Positions 19,324 to 28,789 are shown, numbered from the stretch's first letter. The stretch: DNA of 64,000 bases from Deltaproteobacteria bacterium (GCA_019307065.1 JAFDKH010000052.1:5097-69096), one strand, 5' to 3'. Notes: a model not told the origin generated them from the sequence alone. Made by a program: numbers and translations.

Positions 19324-20877
19324 TTGGCTAAGAGGGTAAGGGCTTTGGGCTTTTCGCTTAAAATCCTCGAGGGTCCGGATAGTGGCAAAGTCTATTCGTT
19401 TGATCGAGTTGAGATAACGATCGGTCGCACAATGGATAATGACGTGGTTATCCCGGATCCGGGTATTTCTCGGCAACACATGAGCATCCGCGACAAGGGC
19501 GGCGCATATATCGTCAAGGATTTGGGTAGCTCCAACGGGACCAAGTTGAATGGCAAGAAGGTAGGCGAAGAAGTGCTTCGGCCGGGCGACGTGATCATGA
19601 TGGGAACCGTGCAGGTCAGGTTCGAAGGGCCGAACGAGAGTTCTAAAAAGAAAAAGCCCGCCAAACGGCCTGCCCGGCGACAGCCGAGCAAAAGGGCTGC
19701 AACGAGCGGTCAGCGCAGGCAACCGTCTGCTCAGCAAGCTGGCGGGAGCAGGCCAGGTCGAAAACCGGTTGCCGGCGGCAGGCGACAGCCGCAGGCGGCT
19801 ACACCAAAAGGCCGGCCCCAAAAACCGATGATCCGTTCTTCGGGAGTGCGCCAGCCATCCAAAGAACCTGAGAATGTAGAAGAACCCGCCGTACAGCCCG
19901 AGCCCAGCAGGACCGGACGGCGAGGCGGAGCCCGTGGCAAACGCAGAAGGGGAGCCAAAGAGAAGTTTTCGATCAAGGGTTTGATTAGAAAAGCGGTGTC
20001 CTGGTTCAAGGCTCTGGATAAAAAATTCCAGATTGCCTTGATTGCTGGAGCTAGCGTGCTTCTGATTTTAATGGTGGTCAAGGCCATTCAAAGCGGGAAA
20101 GAAATCGTCCAGGTGGCTTCCGATCACTCTGATCAGCTTTTTACTGCCGGGCAGCGCGATGCGAAAGGTCGCTCAATGAGTTATGGCTATGGCCCGGTGA
20201 AAATTCGTTGTCGCAATTCGGCAAATTTCAAATTCAAATATGCCAATGGTCGCACGATTGTAAAATATTCCGTGGCGGCAATAGACAATCGTCAAGAAGT
20301 AGCTATTCAGCTGAATGGTATGCAAATTGGCTATGTTCCAATTACCATGGACAAATGGTCTGAAAAAATACATCTCATTCTTCCACGCAAACATCTCTTA
20401 GGAGATGAAGAAAACCGGCTGTCTTTTGTCAATACAATCAATTACAGCAATCCAGAGGCAAACCAGCACTGGGCGGTAAGGGTTACAGCAATTGATGAAA
20501 CCCCCTTACCCCAGCCCGACAGTCGAGCAGCCGAGGAGGCTTTCGGTATTGCCAAGGAGCGATACAAAACAAGAGGAGTCTCACCACCGAATGCCTACCA
20601 GGCGATGCAGAACTTTATGCGAGCCAGGGACCTGCTGGAATTACTACCGGAGGGCTCACGGCCGGAGATTTATGATGAAGCCAATGAAATGATAGAAAAA
20701 ATCAACGACGAACTCAACCGCAAGTTCAAAGATCTCATGTTTACTGCCGAGAAAGAGCAACAATTCGGCCATCATGAAAATGCCAAGGAGCTTTTCAGGC
20801 AGGTCATGATAACATTTCCAAATACGGAAGACCCGCGGCATATTCGGGCGCGTAAGAGTTATGAGCGTTACAAGTAA
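19324..20877 (+). CDS. FHA-domain membrane protein: N-terminal FHA, strongly basic linker, one TM helix, C-terminal periplasmic domain
   Basis: FHA signature ITIGRTMDNDVVIPDPGISRQHMSI...VKDLGSSNGTKLNGKKV. Arg/Lys/Pro-rich linker (KKKKPAKRPARRQPSKR...GKRRRGAKEK). TM helix FQIALIAGASVLLILMVVKAI. Confidence 0.8.
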   Translation: MAKRVRALGFSLKILEGPDSGKVYSFDRVEITIGRTMDNDVVIPDPGISRQHMSIRDKGGAYIVKDLGSSNGTKLNGKKVGEEVLRPGDVIMMGTVQVRFEGPNESSKKKKPAKRPARRQPSKRAATSGQRRQPSAQQAGGSRPGRKPVAGGRRQPQAATPKGRPQKPMIRSSGVRQPSKEPENVEEPAVQPEPSRTGRRGGARGKRRRGAKEKFSIKGLIRKAVSWFKALDKKFQIALIAGASVLLILMVVKAIQSGKEIVQVASDHSDQLFTAGQRDAKGRSMSYGYGPVKIRCRNSANFKFKYANGRTIVKYSVAAIDNRQEVAIQLNGMQIGYVPITMDKWSEKIHLILPRKHLLGDEENRLSFVNTINYSNPEANQHWAVRVTAIDETPLPQPDSRAAEEAFGIAKERYKTRGVSPPNAYQAMQNFMRARDLLELLPEGSRPEIYDEANEMIEKINDELNRKFKDLMFTAEKEQQFGHHENAKELFRQVMITFPNTEDPRHIRARKSYERYK

Positions 20878-20898
20878 TCGCTAGAATGGAAATATCTA

Positions 20899-23475
20899 AT
20901 GGGTCAGGACGAAGGGTCCAAGAGACGTAGCGAAGAGGTAACCGGAGAGAATGAAGTTCTCGACGAGCCGGAGTTAGTTTCAGATGATGACATTCTGCTG
21001 GCCGAGGATGGCGAAACAGAACATCTGGATGATGACGTCGAAGCGGAAGAAACCACCGGTAAATTCAATGTGCCGCCTGAGCACTTCAGCCAGGCACAAG
21101 TGGCGACCGCCCCGGGTGAAGCCCAGCCTGAGCTCGACGAAGAAGCGTTTGAAGAAGACACCTCTGACGTCGATCCCGCTTCAATACTAGACGAGAGTAC
21201 CCCGGTTTCAGCCGCAGAGCACGCCGGTGATGACATTGATGCGGCTGACAGTCAGCCGCATGAGGATTCCAAGGCACCCTGGGACGAGCCAACTGATGAA
21301 GGCGATGACCGGCCAGCTGAAGTCGAGGCCGATGATGTCTTTGAGGAAGATGCCGGCGATATCATGCCGGAAGAAGAAGATGATTACCAAGAGGACACTG
21401 GTCGTGACCTGGTTGATGCCGGCGATAAAGTATCCGACACACTGGATGAGCCAGCCTCCAGCATTCGCAAGTCACGCCGCAGGCGCAGACAACCTGTTGA
21501 TGATTTGGCTGACGAGCCGGACGAATATCAATCTGGTGAATATTCGGCGGATGAAGCCCAGTCTGAAGATGAGGCCGGCTGGGGCGCAGAGGAAGCGGCT
21601 GAAGGTGACGATTCAGAGCAAGGCCAGTCTTTCCCCGACCGAACTCCTCCCGATGGGGTCAAGTCTCCCTGGTTGCAGGACGAGGCTGAAGACGAAGTCG
21701 TAGCGGATGCGGCTGGCACGGTGCCTGCGGTAGATCCTGCCTTTGCTCAAAGCGATGATCCCGCTCGGGAAAAAACGCTGATATTCGGAGATGACGGGGA
21801 AGACGAGGTCTCTGAATTTCCATTCCTGGTTGTAATTGAGGGAGAAGAAGAAGGTCGCGAAATTGAGCTAATCCCGGATGAGATGTCGATTGGACGCGGG
21901 GCAGACAACGACCTGGTATTTCCCGATATTGCCTGCTCGCGTCGACATGCCTTGCTGGAACGAGACGGAGATTCTTTTTGTATTATTGATCTCGGGTCGG
22001 GCAACGGTACTAAAGTAAATGACCAGCGTATTCAAAGGGAACTCCTCTACGATGGCGACGAGATCAAGGTCGGCAGTACCGTCTTGCAGTTCAATTTACC
22101 TGGAGCAGAACCGGCAGATGGCGGTCAGCGTGCTACCGGGACGGTCACTAACGCTTTGCCGGTAGACGACCGAACCAGGAGCGGGTTCGTTGCGGATCTA
22201 ATGGCCGATCCGCAAAAGCGAAAACTCGTCTTGTTCGGAGGTGGCGGGCTGCTAGGTTTTCTTCTGATTATACTGATAGTCAAAATTGTTTCTGGGCCTT
22301 CACAACCTGGGGCTCCAACACCGGATGAGCAAAGACGTCAACAGGAAGCCAAGCTGAATGCTGAATTCAAGAATTACATGCAGGAGGCCACCAGCCAGGT
22401 CAAGGATAAGAAATGGAAACAAGCCGGGCTCAATGTGCAATTGGCACTAAAGCTCAGGCCAGCCGATAAAATCGCCCTGGATTATAAAGAACACATCGAA
22501 AGGGAAAAAGCAGCCTCACGGGCCCTGTTGGATGCTAGTGATTTTCTCGAGCACAAACAATACAACGAGGCAATGATCCAGGTTAATCAGATTTCATCCG
22601 CAAGCCAATATTTTTCAGAAGCTGCCCGGCTAAAGACCGAAATTTCCACGAAGATATCGGTTGATTTGCTTGAACAGGGCAAGAAGTTTATGGATGAGAA
22701 ACAATTCGCGCAGGCAGTGCTCAAGTTTGATGAAATCCTCAAAAGGGACATTGATAATCAAGTGGCGGCGGAGTTGAAGCAACAAGCCGAAGAGCAACTC
22801 GGGATTCAGAAGAAAAGGATTTCATACCTCGAGACACAGAAGAAGAGGAAGAAGCGCAAGCGAAGAAAGACCTCAAAACCGAAAAGGGAAAAAACAGGAA
22901 TAACTGGACAGATGCTTACTTTTTATCGGAATGGTGAGATTGACAAAGCCATTCAAAAAGCCGAAGACGCGGGCGCTTCCAATAGTCTGGTAAAGTTGAA
23001 GAAGTTCAGGGGTGTTTATAAAAAAGGAATGGAGCTGTCGAAAAACATTGGAAAAGCAGCAAAGTCTCTCGAGTTTCTTACCAGGGCGGCCAAACTCGAC
23101 AAGGAAATTTCCAGGGGATCGGGCAAGTATTACAGTCTTATTCGAAAGCAGCTGGCCAAGATTTTCTTTCTCAAGGGAGTTGATGCGATGATGGGTCGTC
23201 GCTATCCTGAGGCTTACCATGCCTTTACCCGGGCCAAGAAATATGGAAACGATAGATCCCAGCAGCGTCTGCATGATCTCGAGAAAACGGCCAAGAAACT
23301 ATATGAAGAAGCCTATGTGATCAAATCGACTAATGCCGACCAGGCTATTAAGAAACTCAATACCGTACTTAAGATTATTCCCCCCAATCACATATACTAC
23401 TCCAAGGCCAAGCGGTTGAGGACAAACATCCAGGGACCGCTTGGCTCAGAATCGCCGGATGACTCCGGGTTTTGA
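20899..23475 (+). CDS. FHA-domain membrane protein: ~300-aa acidic N-terminus, central FHA, one TM helix, C-terminal TPR-like helical domain
   Basis: Asp/Glu-rich N-terminus. FHA signature MSIGRGADNDLVFPDIACSRRHALL...IIDLGSGNGTKVNDQRI. TM helix LVLFGGGGLLGFLLIILIVKIV. Helical repeats and a KKRKKRKRRK patch follow. Confidence 0.8.
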   Translation: MGQDEGSKRRSEEVTGENEVLDEPELVSDDDILLAEDGETEHLDDDVEAEETTGKFNVPPEHFSQAQVATAPGEAQPELDEEAFEEDTSDVDPASILDESTPVSAAEHAGDDIDAADSQPHEDSKAPWDEPTDEGDDRPAEVEADDVFEEDAGDIMPEEEDDYQEDTGRDLVDAGDKVSDTLDEPASSIRKSRRRRRQPVDDLADEPDEYQSGEYSADEAQSEDEAGWGAEEAAEGDDSEQGQSFPDRTPPDGVKSPWLQDEAEDEVVADAAGTVPAVDPAFAQSDDPAREKTLIFGDDGEDEVSEFPFLVVIEGEEEGREIELIPDEMSIGRGADNDLVFPDIACSRRHALLERDGDSFCIIDLGSGNGTKVNDQRIQRELLYDGDEIKVGSTVLQFNLPGAEPADGGQRATGTVTNALPVDDRTRSGFVADLMADPQKRKLVLFGGGGLLGFLLIILIVKIVSGPSQPGAPTPDEQRRQQEAKLNAEFKNYMQEATSQVKDKKWKQAGLNVQLALKLRPADKIALDYKEHIEREKAASRALLDASDFLEHKQYNEAMIQVNQISSASQYFSEAARLKTEISTKISVDLLEQGKKFMDEKQFAQAVLKFDEILKRDIDNQVAAELKQQAEEQLGIQKKRISYLETQKKRKKRKRRKTSKPKREKTGITGQMLTFYRNGEIDKAIQKAEDAGASNSLVKLKKFRGVYKKGMELSKNIGKAAKSLEFLTRAAKLDKEISRGSGKYYSLIRKQLAKIFFLKGVDAMMGRRYPEAYHAFTRAKKYGNDRSQQRLHDLEKTAKKLYEEAYVIKSTNADQAIKKLNTVLKIIPPNHIYYSKAKRLRTNIQGPLGSESPDDSGF

Positions 23476-23618
23476 TCGACTATGTGTAATTCCTGACACA
23501 AAGAATTCCCCGAAATCGCTCCTATACTAGTCCGGTATTTCAGGCGTCTAGTTGCAAGTACGTTGAATAACTGCGGTTTTCTACTGAGTCCGGTCGCGAA
23601 CTTGCGGGCAGAGCCGGC

Positions 23619-23634
23619 TGGCACAAAACTCGCA
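23619..23634 (+). promoter_or_regulatory. Candidate sigma-54 (-24/-12) promoter upstream of the TPR lipoprotein gene
   Basis: TGGCACaaaacTCGCA has the exact GG-N10-GC spacing. It differs from the TGGCAC-N5-TTGCA consensus at one position of the -12 box. It lies about 80 nt upstream of ATG 23714. Confidence 0.4.
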
Positions 23635-23713
23635 GACTGGTTGAACAGAACTGGCCAGGTTCGACAGAAGAAAACATTTCAGGTGCCGCCAGGGACCGGG
23701 AAGGAGATTGGTC

Positions 23714-24691
23714 ATGAATATCAGTATTATAAAGAATGGAAAGATCGGGCTCAGTATTGCGCTGTCTGCAGCACTCATTTTTGTTGGCTGTGAATGGTCG
23801 GGAGGTTCACCTGACGGTGGCCGAGATGTAATCGAATTTCACTCGAGCGCGATCAAAAATGACGCCAAGCTGAATACGTCTGTTGAGCCGCTGATCGTAG
23901 AGCCAGATGTCGAAGTGGAAAATGAACTGGTGTCAATCAAGGCCGAAAGCAGATCCGAACAGCTTCTGGATATTGCCCTGAGTCATATGGATGATGATTT
24001 GGTTGATCACGTCAAGATCGCCTATGAACTGAGCGCGGCGGGAGACCCCGCGGCTGCAATGATAGAACTTGGCAAAGCGCTCTTCGATGACGCAAACAAC
24101 TATCAAGCAGCCATGCAATTGGGCCAGATAGCTAAAAAGAATTCCAAGCCGAACTTGGCCGAGAAGGCATTCATGGTGGCCAGCCAAATTGATCCGGAAT
24201 CCGTGGAAGCCTGGCTGCAGCTGACGCGCTTGTCGCTGGCAAACAAAGACTTCGATTTGGCCGAAGAACGAATTCAGCGCGCTCTGAGCGAAGATCCCAA
24301 AGTAGCGTCAGCCCACAATTTACTCGGACGGATTTGGTTATCACGCTCTCATTGGGAAAAGTCTATTCGCTCGTTCAAAAAAGCCACTATTTTGGCTCCT
24401 GAAAACCGATTCTATAGAAACAACCTGGGCTTTGCCTATCTACTCAAAAAGAACTTTAACCAGGCAGTCATCCAGCTTGAACTGGCTGTTGCTGGCGAAA
24501 ATACACCAGCCTACATGATAAACAATCTTGGCCTGGCATACGAAGGAGCTGGCAGACTGCAAGACGCGATTGCAACATTCGGGCAAGTAACTGAGCAGCA
24601 TCCACGCTACCTGAAGGCTCAGATAAACCTCGAGCGACTGATTGTCCTGGCCCAAAACAGCCAAGATGAGGAAAACCCGGACTCACTTTAA
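23714..24691 (+). CDS. TPR-repeat lipoprotein (TadD-like)
   Basis: AAGGAG lies 7 nt before ATG 23714. Lipobox ALIFVGC. Several TPR units (AEKAFMVASQIDPESVEAWLQL, AHNLLGRIWL..., MINNLGLAYEGAGRLQDAI). Confidence 0.7.
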   Translation: MNISIIKNGKIGLSIALSAALIFVGCEWSGGSPDGGRDVIEFHSSAIKNDAKLNTSVEPLIVEPDVEVENELVSIKAESRSEQLLDIALSHMDDDLVDHVKIAYELSAAGDPAAAMIELGKALFDDANNYQAAMQLGQIAKKNSKPNLAEKAFMVASQIDPESVEAWLQLTRLSLANKDFDLAEERIQRALSEDPKVASAHNLLGRIWLSRSHWEKSIRSFKKATILAPENRFYRNNLGFAYLLKKNFNQAVIQLELAVAGENTPAYMINNLGLAYEGAGRLQDAIATFGQVTEQHPRYLKAQINLERLIVLAQNSQDEENPDSL

Positions 24692-24710
24692 TGACGATTT
24701 TCCCGGCTAT

Positions 24711-24742
24711 ACGGCGGCCCTTCTTTGAAGCGGGGCCGTCGT
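24711..24742 (+). terminator. Hairpin after the TPR gene (possible terminator, weak U tract)
   Basis: ACGGCGGCCC (24711-24720) pairs with GGGCCGTCGT (24733-24742) with one G-U pair. It is followed by ATTCTGTG. Confidence 0.3.
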
Positions 24743-24848
24743 ATTCTGTGAACATATCCAACTCGAGAGTTTTCTGGCCGAAGATATGGATTGAAATGGC
24801 TACTTGAACCAGAACAGGGTTTTTTCTATTATCCGTAATGGAGCTCCC

Positions 24849-27383
24849 ATGACCCAATCTGAAGAGAAGGCAACCCAAACTGAAGAAAACGCCGAGCCCA
24901 GCAAAAAGTCTCGTTTGCGGCGTTGGCTGTTTCGAATTCTGATAATCGGCGGATGTCTGTTTATTCTGGGGATTGCTACTATTGCTGGAATCCTATGGTA
25001 CCACAGCTCCTCTTTGCCTTCTTTCGACTCCCTGGCGGATTACAACCCTCCCCAGGTAACCCGAATGTACGATCGGAATGGGCGGGTCATAGCCGAGTTG
25101 TACGAAGAGAAACGGACAGTCGTGACATTCGATCGAATACCGTTACATGTCCGCAAAGCTTTTCTGGCAGCCGAGGATGCTGATTTCTATAGCCATCCCG
25201 GCCTGGATTTCATGGGTATGTTGCGGGCCATGTGGCACAACATCAAGGCCGGACGAGTGGTCCAGGGTGGCAGTACAATTACACAACAAGTAATCAAGAC
25301 ATTTCTATTAGGGCCAGAGCGAAGCTATACCCGTAAGATCAAAGAGCTTCTATTGGCCCTACGGCTCGAATCCAATCTCTCGAAAGACGAGATTTTGTCG
25401 CTCTACCTCAACCAGATTTACTTTGGTCATCGCTGCTACGGAATTCAAGAGGCTGCCCGTTACTACTTTGACTGTGACGTATCAGGGCTGTCAATCGAGC
25501 AGAGCGCCTTGCTGGCCTCGTTGCCAAAATCCCCTGCAGGTTACTCCCCGATAAATCACCCCGAGCGGGCTAAACAACGCCGCGACTGGGTACTGGATCA
25601 GATGCTAAAGAACGAAATGGCCTCTGTTCAGGAAGTAAAAATCGCAAAATCAAAAGAGCTTGATGTGGTCGGTAGCTACGTCGATTTCTTCGAATCCGCG
25701 CCATATTATGCGGAGTACTGCCGACGTGTTCTGGAGGAGAAGCTAGGAAAAGACAGGCTTCTTCAGGGAGGATTGCGAGTCGAACTGGCCGTGGACCTCG
25801 ATCTACAGCAGGTTGCCCAACAAATAGTTGCAGCGGAATTACGGCGGATTGATCGCCGGCATGGCTACCGGGGCCGACTGGGTAAGATTACAGCTGAACA
25901 AATCAAACAGTTGCATGACAAGCACGATTCCCAAGGTGCAAAGAACAAGATCTGGACTCTTGTTTTATCCTCCGAGTCGCAAGAACCCGAGACCGCCTCG
26001 AAAACGGTGCCAACTGCCGTCAAGTGGCTGGAACTGAAAAAAGAGGCTCGCGTAATCGTTCCGGTTACCGAGATTAGTATAGTTGATAAGACTGAAGTGG
26101 CTCGCCTGGATCTGGGTATTTCTTCGGCAACGCTCGATTTAAAAGGAATCAAGTGGGCTCGCAAATTCTCGCCCGTTGGCCGAACCCCGGCTCCCAAGAA
26201 GATTTCAGATATCCTGGAGGTTGGCGACTTGATAGAGGTCCGCATCGAAGATCCCACTCCCGAGAGTCTGACGGCTGGGCTTAGCCAACCACCTCTGGTA
26301 CAAGGTGCCCTGATAAGTATGGACCCGCATAGCAAGCATGTTCTGGCTTTGGTTGGCGGAAGCAATTTTAGGGATACTCCTTTAATTAGGGCGGTTCAGT
26401 CCAGACGCCAACCGGGCTCGTCTTTCAAGCCGATTGTCTATACAGCAGCTATTCATACGGGCGCATACACGCCTGCTTCTATTCTTATGGACACTCCCGA
26501 AGTCTATCGGAGTCTGCAGGGCAAAGCCTGGAAACCACAGAACTTTGAACGGGTGTTTACCGGGGCGGTGACTCTGCGCTATGCCCTGGCGCATTCGATA
26601 AATACTGTTGCAGTCAAAGTCTGTTCGGATATCGGGCCTCCGGCAGTCAGTAATATGGCCCGCGACTTGGGAATAAAATCGAAACTTGCCCGCAATCTGT
26701 CTATGGCTCTGGGGTCCTCCGAAGTTACTCTGCTTGAGTTAACCAATGCCTATTCTGTTTTTCCGGGCCAAGGCAAACAGGCCGAACCAGTGTTTATAAC
26801 AGCTGTAAAAACACCTGATGGAAAATTTATCGAAGGATTCGAACAGACAGAACCACGCCAGGCGATTAGTCAAGCTGAAGCTTTTATCATGACATCTTTG
26901 TTGCGGAGTGTTATTGAGAATGGCACCGGAAAACGCGCCCTGAAACTTGGTCGACCTTTGGGAGGAAAAACCGGAACAACGAATCAGCAAAAAGATGGCT
27001 GGTTTGTGGGTTTTTCCGCAGATCTTGTTTCCGGGGTCTGGGTCGGGTTTGACGATAACTCGAGCATGGGAACTGGCTGGGCGCAAGGAGCAGGTACAGC
27101 CCTGCCGATTTGGGTGCAATTCATGGAAGCTGCTCTGCGAGACAGGCCAAAACTGGATTTCAAAGCTTCTGAAGGAACAGTTTTTGTGCGGATAGATCCC
27201 GAAAACGGTTTGTTGGCATCACCCCAGTTGGCCGATGCAGAATTTGAGGTATTTGTGGAGGGCACTGAACCACGAGCAGTATCAGATCGTTTGTCTGGTG
27301 GCGACAGGCAAGTGACATCGAGTGGTAGTAAACAAATCAATTCTACGACAGGAAAACGTCTGCCAGAAGGAATGTATCGTTGA
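24849..27383 (+). CDS. mrcA: Bifunctional class A penicillin-binding protein 1A
   Basis: GT51 motifs EDADFYSHPG, GGSTITQQ and RKIKE. Transpeptidase motifs SSFKP (SxxK), SIN and KTGTT. Start placed at ATG 24849 (MTQSEEK) before the TM helix. Confidence 0.9.
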   Translation: MTQSEEKATQTEENAEPSKKSRLRRWLFRILIIGGCLFILGIATIAGILWYHSSSLPSFDSLADYNPPQVTRMYDRNGRVIAELYEEKRTVVTFDRIPLHVRKAFLAAEDADFYSHPGLDFMGMLRAMWHNIKAGRVVQGGSTITQQVIKTFLLGPERSYTRKIKELLLALRLESNLSKDEILSLYLNQIYFGHRCYGIQEAARYYFDCDVSGLSIEQSALLASLPKSPAGYSPINHPERAKQRRDWVLDQMLKNEMASVQEVKIAKSKELDVVGSYVDFFESAPYYAEYCRRVLEEKLGKDRLLQGGLRVELAVDLDLQQVAQQIVAAELRRIDRRHGYRGRLGKITAEQIKQLHDKHDSQGAKNKIWTLVLSSESQEPETASKTVPTAVKWLELKKEARVIVPVTEISIVDKTEVARLDLGISSATLDLKGIKWARKFSPVGRTPAPKKISDILEVGDLIEVRIEDPTPESLTAGLSQPPLVQGALISMDPHSKHVLALVGGSNFRDTPLIRAVQSRRQPGSSFKPIVYTAAIHTGAYTPASILMDTPEVYRSLQGKAWKPQNFERVFTGAVTLRYALAHSINTVAVKVCSDIGPPAVSNMARDLGIKSKLARNLSMALGSSEVTLLELTNAYSVFPGQGKQAEPVFITAVKTPDGKFIEGFEQTEPRQAISQAEAFIMTSLLRSVIENGTGKRALKLGRPLGGKTGTTNQQKDGWFVGFSADLVSGVWVGFDDNSSMGTGWAQGAGTALPIWVQFMEAALRDRPKLDFKASEGTVFVRIDPENGLLASPQLADAEFEVFVEGTEPRAVSDRLSGGDRQVTSSGSKQINSTTGKRLPEGMYR

Positions 27384-28789
27384 GCCGGATAAGAAACATA
27401 CTTGTTATAGCTATTGTGTTCCTGTCGATATCTCAACCTCTGGCACGATCATCAGTGCCCGCCCTGCAAGAACTGGCCAACAAACTGGACAAGAAGCTTC
27501 AGATCATTTTGCAGCGAGAGAAATTGGAGGATCAGATCATTGCCCTGGTGGTTGAGGGTGATGCGTCGATTCTGGGGCGAGAGGACAGGCTGACACAGGA
27601 ACTCGAGAGCCTATTGTTGTATCGAATGAATGCTTCGTTGGTAGTCGCTAAGGTTGTCCCGTTGGGTTCTCAAGGAGGCAAGCAGGCCGCCGACCTGGCA
27701 CGCAAATCCGGGGCCTTTTTACTCATGCGCTGTGTGCTCGGCATCGATGATCAGACTATTCATCTAACTGCGGATTTGACTCCTTTGCGTATGCCGTTCT
27801 GGGACAGATTGGCTAACCCGATTCCTCGGGGAGCCAAAGAGCATTTTTTTGTTTCGACCAAGATCGACGATGAAATCCATATTTTATTGGGGAAATCCAG
27901 GGCTCCGCCACCTCTGGGAAGATGGCAACTCGCCGAGCTGTTTTATCTGCCCCGGCGTGTGTTGGATCTTGGTATGGGTAATCTCGATGGTGTCGAGGGT
28001 GCCGAGCTGGTTTTACTGTTTGAAGACGCTATCGAGGTTTACTCATTGCGGGGTGGAAATCCGCGACGGCTGGTGACCCATAGCCTAAGTTATCTGCCCG
28101 AAACCAATGTCCGGGTTCGCGACCCATCCGGTAGTCTTTTGGTTGTTGACTTCAATCTAGACGGACAAGCGGAGATCTTTTACAAGCTTCACGATCGGGG
28201 GGTCGGTGAGATACTCTCCTGGACGGGAAACTCTCTGCGATCAATTCGCAAGCTAAAACAGGTTCCGTTGTGTGTTTTTCGGCACCGCAAGCGAGTTCAG
28301 ATCGTATATGGCACGCCAGAGCCCGGAACAAATCATTATCTAGCACAGATCGAAGTTGCCGATATCAACCAGTCTTCAGGGGAGCTGTTCACCCTGCAAG
28401 ATCAATTCTATACTTTACGCTGTTTTCAGTCATCCGACGACCAGTCTGTTTGGATTGTGAATGTCGACTTGCAGGGCAAGTTATCGCGACTGGATTCTGA
28501 GTTCAAGGGTGAGCAAGTTCAAGAGAAGGTCGGGGCGGGGGCGGGTGTTGTAGATCTGGATCGAGACAACCTGCCCGAGTTGATAATTTCCGATCCGGTC
28601 TGGCTGGGTGAACAAGACAGTGTCAGGGTTGTTTCCAAGGGTGTGGTTGTCTGGCAGTCGAGAGATATTATCGGCGGGATCGTGGCAATTGCCGGTGGCG
28701 ATCTGGATGGCAAAGGAAAAGTGCAAGCGGTTTTGGCCGCGGTTGACTCGAACGAAACTGCGAGTCGAATTTACTTGCTAGGCAGATGA
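27380..28789 (+). CDS. Secreted FG-GAP/VCBS-like repeat protein of unknown function
   Basis: The TTG start overlaps the PBP1A stop (TTGA). Signal peptide ILVIAIVFLSISQPLARS. FG-GAP-like loops VDFNLDGQAEIF, VDLDRDNLPELIISD and GDLDGKGKVQAV. Confidence 0.6.
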   Translation: MSRIRNILVIAIVFLSISQPLARSSVPALQELANKLDKKLQIILQREKLEDQIIALVVEGDASILGREDRLTQELESLLLYRMNASLVVAKVVPLGSQGGKQAADLARKSGAFLLMRCVLGIDDQTIHLTADLTPLRMPFWDRLANPIPRGAKEHFFVSTKIDDEIHILLGKSRAPPPLGRWQLAELFYLPRRVLDLGMGNLDGVEGAELVLLFEDAIEVYSLRGGNPRRLVTHSLSYLPETNVRVRDPSGSLLVVDFNLDGQAEIFYKLHDRGVGEILSWTGNSLRSIRKLKQVPLCVFRHRKRVQIVYGTPEPGTNHYLAQIEVADINQSSGELFTLQDQFYTLRCFQSSDDQSVWIVNVDLQGKLSRLDSEFKGEQVQEKVGAGAGVVDLDRDNLPELIISDPVWLGEQDSVRVVSKGVVVWQSRDIIGGIVAIAGGDLDGKGKVQAVLAAVDSNETASRIYLLGR

